Below, piece by piece: positions 57,759-64,000 of a stretch of 64,000 nt of DNA. Under the pieces are notes generated by a model. It saw only the letters and a program-made list of their open reading frames with translations. It was not told the origin of the DNA and ran no database searches. Both the position numbers and the translations under genes were made by a program. This stretch comes from Myxococcota bacterium (GTDB lineage Bacteria; Myxococcota_A; UBA9160; SMWR01): positions 5,897 through 69,896 of the forward strand of contig JASMKC010000045.1 in assembly GCA_030749415.1 (NCBI GenBank), written 5' to 3'. Positions within the stretch are counted from its first letter, which is position 1. Each line of letters starts with the position of its first letter.

Positions 57759-59939
57759 TCACTTCTCGTTCCGATCATTCGGGAGATCCGGCAACGAGCC
57801 CGAGCCAACACCGAGGACCCGGTCGACCCGCTCGAAGCTGGCCAGCAATGAGGCCTTGTACCGAAGCGGATAGGAGGGACCCGCTCGCGGAATCCAGGAG
57901 AGGGTGCTCGAGAAAGTCGCCAGGCATGAGATAACGATGATCCAGGGCATGATCGGAACGAGGGGGTGTTCGCCGGCATCGCGCAGATAGAAGGCATAGG
58001 CGAAGGACAGGAAGGGCAGGAAGTCGAGGGCGTAGCGCTGCTCCACGAGGAAGTAACACATCACCAGAACCAGTTCGGCCAGCAGCAGCATCGCGAACAA
58101 CCGGGCCAGGAGGCTGGCGCTCAGCAGCCGGTAACTCCCCACGGCGGCGCCGATCAACAGCCAAGGCGAGACCACCAACAGCGACACCACGTGGCTCGGC
58201 GCCACCCAGGGATAGAGTTCCGGCGAGAGCACCGGCGAGGACACGCGCACCCAGGGAAAGCTCGAGGAGAACGCGCCCTGACCCGCCCCGAAGTAGTTGG
58301 CGAGGCCATAGAAGAGGCGGCGCGGATCGAAGCCCCAAGCATCGGTCCCCGATGCCAGGTAGGGCAGGTACTTCGGATCGTAGAAGACGGTCACCGAACC
58401 GAAGCGGTCCAGGTTGTACCAGAGCTGGAAAACCAGGCAGGCCACAGCGGGGAGCAGGGCCACGGCGAGGCGTGCCAGGGCGCGGTCACGCGCCTCGCCC
58501 GCGATGGCGTTGCGCAGGGCGAGACTTCCAGCCAACGCGAGAATCCCGTAGAGCGGAACCCCGAAGGTCACGCGGGAGAGGAGCGCCGCTCCGGCAGCGG
58601 CGGACAGCCCGAGAAGAGCTGCTCCTGAAACCTGCTCTGCTTCCAGAAGTCGAGCCGCAAAGTACACGCCCCAGGCGGAGGCGGCGGCACCCCAGACGAT
58701 GGACTCGTGGTACAGGGAGCCGGCGCTCATCACGAAGAGCCAGGGAGAGGCCAGACCGAAGCCCAACAGCGAAAATTCGAGCAGGCGGCGCCGCGTGGGA
58801 AGAGCCAGGTGGGGGTTGCTCGCCAGGGCGTGCTGGAGCAGCAGCGCCAGCGCCCCGAGCGCCAGGACCGCGGCCAACAGGCACGACCCGCGCGACCAGA
58901 GTCCGTAAAGAGAGGGCGCCAACTGGTTGGCGGGCATCCGCAGCAGGGCCGGGAGCGGGCCGAAGTAGGTGTGGATCCGATCCCCTACGTGGAACGCCTC
59001 CCACCGGATCGCCCAGGGTTCGAGGGTCGAGCGGCCCCGGGTAAGGTGATCGGCCAAGGAGTCATAGGCCGCACCGAGCAATTCGGGGCCCGCCAGATGC
59101 CCGCTGAAGCGGGTGAGCAGCAGCAACTGCACCGTCACCACGACCAGCAGCACTCCGAGCGCGCGGGGAGTCCAGAGCCGCTCGCCCGTCCCACCCGGGC
59201 TGCGTGCGACCAGCCCGTAGATCGCCAGGGCACCGAGTGCGGCGGGAGCAAGCCACGCAGATCCCAGCGCCAGGCCGAATACGGCGACCACCGCGTCGTG
59301 GCGTCGCCAGCCGGCGAGAACACGCTGTGCCCTCGGCTGTAACACTGAGAACCGACTTCCGACGAACGTGAGGCCGAACAGCAGCCAGGCCAGAGCCGCC
59401 ACTTGCCAGGGATGCAGGCTCACCCCCGGAGCGACCACCGCGACGTCAGAAATTCTCGCAGCTCCCCCAACGCTTGCGATGCGAAGCGCCTGCACCGGCT
59501 CCGGCAAGCGAAGCGTAGGCCCCCGGCGGGTGCGCAGGCCCGGTGGATCCAGCGCCGGGACATCCCAGACATGCTGGAAGGATTTCCCGTCCGGCGAGGC
59601 GACGATCCGAAGGGTGGCACCGCTCTCCGCCTGGACATCGACTCGGGCGATGCGGGTGGGGTGCAGGAGTTCAACGTCGAGCTTCTGGCCGGGCTCCAGA
59701 AGGAAGCCAGCTTCGCCCGACGCGCCCTCTTCCCCGCGCACCAGGCGGGCAGTCTGCTCCGCCGCACGCCAACCCGAAGGCACGCGTTCGACGACGACGA
59801 CGCGCCCGACCTCGGCCGGACGCTGACAGCTCCACGAAGAGCCTACGGCGGCCAGGACCAGCGGCAGGACAACGAGACTTAACCAGGGCAATCGGAACAT
59901 TTTGCTCCCAGCAGAAAGTCTATGCATCCGATTCGGCAT
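57759..59939 (-). CDS. Hypothetical polytopic membrane protein with N-terminal extracytoplasmic domain (GT-C-like features)
   Basis: 726 aa, lipobox-like N-terminus, beta-rich soluble domain, then about 11-13 TM segments with YDSLADHL, YFGPLPALLRMP, LYHESIVW, RYALDFLP. Start 59939 or 59900. Confidence 0.7.
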   Translation of the reverse strand: MPNRMHRLSAGSKMFRLPWLSLVVLPLVLAAVGSSWSCQRPAEVGRVVVVERVPSGWRAAEQTARLVRGEEGASGEAGFLLEPGQKLDVELLHPTRIARVDVQAESGATLRIVASPDGKSFQHVWDVPALDPPGLRTRRGPTLRLPEPVQALRIASVGGAARISDVAVVAPGVSLHPWQVAALAWLLFGLTFVGSRFSVLQPRAQRVLAGWRRHDAVVAVFGLALGSAWLAPAALGALAIYGLVARSPGGTGERLWTPRALGVLLVVVTVQLLLLTRFSGHLAGPELLGAAYDSLADHLTRGRSTLEPWAIRWEAFHVGDRIHTYFGPLPALLRMPANQLAPSLYGLWSRGSCLLAAVLALGALALLLQHALASNPHLALPTRRRLLEFSLLGFGLASPWLFVMSAGSLYHESIVWGAAASAWGVYFAARLLEAEQVSGAALLGLSAAAGAALLSRVTFGVPLYGILALAGSLALRNAIAGEARDRALARLAVALLPAVACLVFQLWYNLDRFGSVTVFYDPKYLPYLASGTDAWGFDPRRLFYGLANYFGAGQGAFSSSFPWVRVSSPVLSPELYPWVAPSHVVSLLVVSPWLLIGAAVGSYRLLSASLLARLFAMLLLAELVLVMCYFLVEQRYALDFLPFLSFAYAFYLRDAGEHPLVPIMPWIIVISCLATFSSTLSWIPRAGPSYPLRYKASLLASFERVDRVLGVGSGSLPDLPNDRNEK

Positions 59940-59973
59940 GGATCAACACGGCCCAAACCTTGTCCTTGGCACT

Positions 59974-60013
59974 GAGCATAGGCAGTTCGAGCTGCGTTTT
60001 CCCTGGTTCCGAT
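59974..60013 (-). repeat. Dispersed upstream element, copy E
   Basis: Reverse complement atcggaaccagggaaaacgcagctcgaactgcctatgctc, 37/40 identical to copy D. Confidence 0.88.
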
Positions 60014-60413
60014 TGCCAAACAATACTGTCGAATCGAGAACCTCAATGCCTGTTCCCGGGTACATCGTGTCCGGCCGAAGGATTTCGGATCTGTATCCCG
60101 AATCTCGATGCGCGTCCTCGCCCCGCCGGCATAGAGTGGCCGGCAGGGCCGAGCGGCCCCACCGTTTCCGCGCGTTGCACCACGATTACCGATTCCGCTA
60201 CCTTGCCGTCCCAGGCAACAGCGAACCGCCAAAGGGCCATCCGCCAATCTCCCGATCGTTTACCAAGACGGTGAGATGAGAATCCGTGACCTTTCCCAGA
60301 ACCGACCCGAAGATCTTTTCACACCGCATCCGTCAACCTAGCTTCTTTGTTCCGCGTCGCAGCGATTCGCTGGGGCCTCGCGCCTGAGCACCGCTTCGGC
60401 ACGCAGGCCTGCG

Positions 60414-60650
60414 GTGCCGGAAACGGCATCGAGCAGGCGGCCGTCATGGGTCATCGCAGCTGCCATCGTGGTGCTCGCGACCGGCCTTCACCTGGAGATC
60501 CCCACAGACAGACCGCTGTGGTCCGACGAGTATTCTGTAGCAACTCTCGTGCACACAGCGACAGATGCCGGCGACCTGGTTCGCCGAGTAGCCGAGTACG
60601 ACAGCGATACGAATCCGCCACTTCACCCGGCGATACTCACACCAACCTGA
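60414..60650 (+). pseudogene. Truncated GT39/ArnT-like glycosyltransferase N-terminus
   Basis: First TM then RPLWSDEYS and DTNPPLHPAIL (LWxDE ... D.HPPL pattern); stop codon 37 bp before the DNA methyltransferase. Confidence 0.55.
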
Positions 60651-60687
60651 TCGCTCGGAGACGCCAGCGGCGAAAGGAGACTCAAAA

Positions 60688-61989
60688 TTGGCCAACGCTC
60701 CTGGCTTCAACGATCCCGCATTCGCGAGCAATAAGTCACTTCCGTTGCATCGCTGGGTTCCATGGATTGCCGGCTTCTCGCGGGACTTTGTCCAGAGTGC
60801 GCTCGAGAGACACATGAAACAACCCGGATTGGTGCTCGACCCGTTCGCTGGAGTCGGCACAACCTTGGTGGAGGCAAATCTCGCTGGCCACGATGTGGCT
60901 GGCTTCGAAATCAATCCTTACGCCGCCTTTGCATGCAGAATAAAAACCCAGGCGTATCGAATTGAACCGTCAGCTCTCGAGAAGGCTACGCTCGAGTTCC
61001 TCTCGTTTCACGAAGATGCTTCTCGAAATGATCGAAAACCAAAGGCACAACCGCCCGAAGGGTTCCGCACAAGAACTGCATTCTACAGCCCGAAGGTTCT
61101 CCGAAAGGTGTTGCTGACGCTCGACTTCATCGAGCAGCTGAATGACAAGTCCGCCAGTGACGCGTTTCGACTCGCGTTCGCATCCACGATGGTCACCTAC
61201 TCGAACTACTCGTATGAGCCGAGTCTCAGTCGAAAGGTCAGCGCTGGACGGCCCGAGGTAGAAGATCATGCGGTGGACCAGGCGATCGCAGGGAAGCTCT
61301 ACGAGATGGCGAGTGACATCGACTGGGTGAGGGCTCGGATGAAGGGCTGCAAGCCCAGTTCGATCGTGGTCAATGAATCCTTCTTTGATTCCTTCCGCCA
61401 GATCAAATCCGGGTCTGTAGACCTGCTCATCACATCTCCCCCGTACTTGAACAATTATCACTACAACCGGAATACCCGGCCTCATCTGTACTGGCTTGGA
61501 CTGGCAAGTTCACCTAAGGACTTCAAGGAGTTGGAGTATCGGAACTTTGGAAAGTTCTGGCAGACGGTACGTGAGAACGAGCGCATCGATCTGGATTTTC
61601 CGATCGCAGATGAAGAAATTCGACGGACTCTTGGGGTTCTGCGCCGGAAGAACCCAGAGAACGGCGTTTACGGCGGGCGCGGATGGGCAAACTATGCGGC
61701 GTCGTACTTCAATGACTGTTACCGATTCTCGAAGGCCGCCAGGTTCGTTCTTCGCCGCCGCGGAACTGCCCTTGTCGTGATTGGGAACAGCATCTTGCAA
61801 GGAGTAATGATCCCAACAGATCGGTATCTCGCCAGAATCGCCGAATCGGTCGGGCTCGAGGTTGTGGACATTCATATCCCCCGGGCGTCGCGAGTCGGAA
61901 GCAGCATCATCCATTCAGAAGTGCGAGCCGAAAAAGCGAAGAAGGGGGGACAGCTCTACGAGGCCGTGGTGGAACTGAGGAAGCGCTGA
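60688..61989 (+). CDS. Amino (N4-C or N6-A) DNA methyltransferase, alpha-type motif order, no cognate endonuclease adjacent
   Basis: HRW...GFS, motif I VLDPFAGVGTT, motif IV DLLITSPPY, VVIGNS; GGAG RBS before TTG; visibly lower GC than neighbours. Confidence 0.9.
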   Translation: MANAPGFNDPAFASNKSLPLHRWVPWIAGFSRDFVQSALERHMKQPGLVLDPFAGVGTTLVEANLAGHDVAGFEINPYAAFACRIKTQAYRIEPSALEKATLEFLSFHEDASRNDRKPKAQPPEGFRTRTAFYSPKVLRKVLLTLDFIEQLNDKSASDAFRLAFASTMVTYSNYSYEPSLSRKVSAGRPEVEDHAVDQAIAGKLYEMASDIDWVRARMKGCKPSSIVVNESFFDSFRQIKSGSVDLLITSPPYLNNYHYNRNTRPHLYWLGLASSPKDFKELEYRNFGKFWQTVRENERIDLDFPIADEEIRRTLGVLRRKNPENGVYGGRGWANYAASYFNDCYRFSKAARFVLRRRGTALVVIGNSILQGVMIPTDRYLARIAESVGLEVVDIHIPRASRVGSSIIHSEVRAEKAKKGGQLYEAVVELRKR

Positions 61990-62067
61990 TACTGGCTGCC
62001 ACTCACCCGGCGGCGAGCGGACCGTGTCGACACCGCGCGGTTTGGAGCCCGGCCTCGTCCCGGATCC

Positions 62068-64000
62068 CTACTCATCGGATGTCACAAAACCACTCCTCAA
62101 GCTCCCAGGCTTCGGCAGGTCGAGGATCTGGCTGAAGAGATCGCTGTAGTCGTCCGTCCAGACCGGGATGTCCTGAAGGAAGGCGGATGCCGGCAGACCT
62201 ATTCTGATCCCGGAAGCGCGCAGCCCCAAGCGGTTGTAGTACCGAGCGATTCTCGCAGTGAGTCGCTGGATTCGATTCGGATCTCGGCTGAGCAGTACCC
62301 ACTCTGACGGCATGCTACGGAAGCGCTTCGCCTGCAGCGTAGAAACGTGAAGTGCTGTCAAGCCGGAAGCCAACCCCTGTCGAGACACCTGATACCTGAT
62401 GTCCATGTAGCGGTTGGTTACGTGAACGGCGAGCAGCCCGTCTGGGGCGAGGGTGTCGGCGTAGTGGCGGAAGGCCTCTTCCGTGAGCAGGTGGACCGGA
62501 ATCGCATCGCTGCTAAACGCATCGACGACCAGGATATCGAAGTCCTGTTCGATGCCTTCAGATTGCTCTCTGGCGAGCGACAGCCGAGCATCACCGACCA
62601 CAACCTCGATCTCGGCTGGGCTTGCACTCAGGAAGTCGAAATATCCGTCGTCGCGGGCGATGCGGACGACAGCCGGATCGATCTCGTAAAAGCGAAACAA
62701 ATCGCCGTCACGGCCATAGGCAGCCAAGGTCCCGGCGCCCAGGCCGATCACGCCAACCCGGACCGAAACCTCTGGATCCAGATTGCTCACGAGCAAACCG
62801 ATCGCCGTGGCAGGGCCATAGTAGGATGAGGCGAGCCCTCTCAATTCTGGATTCGAGAACTGCACGCCATGCAGGGTCGTACCGTTCAACAGGTGGAGTT
62901 GACGGTTGTCTTCTTCTCCCCTTTCAACAAGACGGAGTATCCCGAAGAAGGTTCGTTCCTGGTATCGCAGGTCCTTGGGGTTGAATCCGGTCGTCCCCAT
63001 GTTGTAAGCGATCAGCGCCACGGCCAGCGTGGCCACCACCGCCGGGCTCCACCGAGCGGTTCGGGTGGTCGGGAGAGCGGAGCGGCCATAGGCGCAGGCG
63101 ATGGGAAAAAGTATCCAGGCCAGTGCCAGACCCAGTTCCAGCTCGTAGTAGGCGTCGAAGAGAACTGGAGCCATGATGCCGACAAAAATCCCACCGAGGG
63201 CGCCGCCACCGGCGACACAAAGATAGAAGGCCGTGAGTGCATGGGCAGGTGGGCGAAGCCGGTAGAGTTCACCGTGCATCATCATCCCCACGCTGAAGAG
63301 CAGCAGACAGAAGCACGTAATCTGCAGGTCGATCGATCCGAAGAACGATTGCACGGACGGGTCGACCCATCCGAGCCAGAGCGGCAGTCCAACCGTCAAT
63401 ACCAGCGCTGCGAGGGCGAGTGCGGCATAGGGAATCCGGCTGTAAAGCGATTCGGACGCGAAGCAAAGAATGAGCGTGAGTAGGTAGGTAGCCAGCGGAA
63501 GTATCCACAGGAACGGAGCGCTGGCGATGTCCAGACACAACTTATTGGTCACGCCCATCAGCACCAGCACCGCGGACGCCGAGAGCAGAAGCCAGAGCAC
63601 GACCCGCAGGGCGCTCAGCCGCTCCGTACCTTCGCTGCGGTCCACCTCGAGCGAGTCACCCGAATCCGAAGGGCTGCGCCAAGCCAGCGCAGCACACGCG
63701 AGCACCAGAGCGGCGGTAACGCCAAAGGCAATCGCCCAGAGATCCCCGGTGTCCGACAGTCCGAGCTGCGGTTCCAAGAGGACGGGGTAGGCGACCAAGG
63801 CCAACAACGAGCCCAGGTTCGAGACTGCGTAGAGCGGGTAGGGAGAGCGCCCCGGATAGCGGCGTGCAAACCAGGCCTGCACCAGCGGGCCTGTGGACGC
63901 GAGCACGACAAAAGGCAGAGCGACGTTGGCGACCAGCATGATCAGGATTTCGACTTCTGGACTCGAGGCACCCAACGGTTGCCAGTGATCGCCAGGAAGA
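62068..64000 (-). CDS. Membrane-fused spermidine-synthase-like methyltransferase-fold protein (5' end outside window)
   Basis: YAVSNLGSL, RTFFG, NGTTLHG, VIGLGAGTLAAY, YEIDPAVV, GDARLSL, DAFSSDAIPVHLLT, WTDDYSDL; frame open to the window edge. Confidence 0.87.
   Translation of the reverse strand, partial: LPGDHWQPLGASSPEVEILIMLVANVALPFVVLASTGPLVQAWFARRYPGRSPYPLYAVSNLGSLLALVAYPVLLEPQLGLSDTGDLWAIAFGVTAALVLACAALAWRSPSDSGDSLEVDRSEGTERLSALRVVLWLLLSASAVLVLMGVTNKLCLDIASAPFLWILPLATYLLTLILCFASESLYSRIPYAALALAALVLTVGLPLWLGWVDPSVQSFFGSIDLQITCFCLLLFSVGMMMHGELYRLRPPAHALTAFYLCVAGGGALGGIFVGIMAPVLFDAYYELELGLALAWILFPIACAYGRSALPTTRTARWSPAVVATLAVALIAYNMGTTGFNPKDLRYQERTFFGILRLVERGEEDNRQLHLLNGTTLHGVQFSNPELRGLASSYYGPATAIGLLVSNLDPEVSVRVGVIGLGAGTLAAYGRDGDLFRFYEIDPAVVRIARDDGYFDFLSASPAEIEVVVGDARLSLAREQSEGIEQDFDILVVDAFSSDAIPVHLLTEEAFRHYADTLAPDGLLAVHVTNRYMDIRYQVSRQGLASGLTALHVSTLQAKRFRSMPSEWVLLSRDPNRIQRLTARIARYYNRLGLRASGIRIGLPASAFLQDIPVWTDDYSDLFSQILDLPKPGSLRSGFVTSDE

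Noticed and set aside
4108-58338. Many long ORFs in the track (e.g. 4108-5865 -, the 7222-8706 extension, 30044-31858 -, 34579-35955 +, 45378-46583 -, 49240-51384 +, 52982-54373 +)
   Set aside because: They overlap well-supported genes on the opposite strand or another frame and have Arg/Pro/His-rich shadow composition typical of high-GC DNA, with no family motifs
9165-60013. Dispersed element interpreted as integron attC sites or a sigma54/sigmaE promoter
   Set aside because: No RYYYAAC/GTTRRRY ends and no integrase; no TGGCAC-N5-TTGC; GAACTT is present but the sigmaE -10 position 16 bp downstream is not conserved among copies
59887-60017. 12-bp inverted match GGCAATCGGAAC around the membrane-protein start and copy E
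   Set aside because: Short and partly within coding sequence; not present at the other element copies
60040-60290. Minus-strand ORF fragments upstream of copy E
   Set aside because: No recognisable family; could be an eroded gene but unsupported
1-64000. CRISPR array, tRNA, rRNA, prophage
   Set aside because: No regularly spaced repeat-spacer series, no cas or phage genes, and no cloverleaf or rRNA signatures seen; all tandem repeats are abutting copies without spacers

Overview
High-GC bacterial chromosomal window of accessory, catabolic and cell-envelope genes. I found no rRNA, tRNA, CRISPR array, prophage or intact transposase. Intact modules: a TetR-regulated VOC/flavin monooxygenase unit; two divergent flavin-dependent halogenase-like genes; a CusCBA-type metal efflux operon; a large oxidative/hydrolytic island (hydantoinase A/B, four amidohydrolase_2 paralogs, P450 with ferredoxin, a Coq4-like protein, a second flavin monooxygenase); glutamate decarboxylase; nucleotide-sugar and glycosyltransferase genes; a Rieske oxygenase with a D-aminoacylase; a FadR regulator with a ferritin-like diiron protein; a COMT-like methyltransferase; an IlvC-like protein; a cobalamin-riboswitch-controlled TonB receptor; an MFS transporter; three sulfatase/phosphodiesterase-fold proteins; an orphan N4/N6 DNA methyltransferase; and a membrane-fused spermidine-synthase-like gene cut by the window end. 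Two signals are not explained by the gene list. (1) A 31-60 bp sequence (consensus AGGGAAAACGCAGCTCGAACTTCCTATGCTC) occurs five times, always oriented with and just upstream of an unrelated gene; four copies sit 34-42 bp before the start codon. (2) About ten intergenic gaps hold collapsed gene remnants (Rieske, P450, ferredoxin, dehalogenase, epimerase, IS481 and others), which points to active erosion by deletion. All family assignments come from motif recognition by eye; no searches were run.
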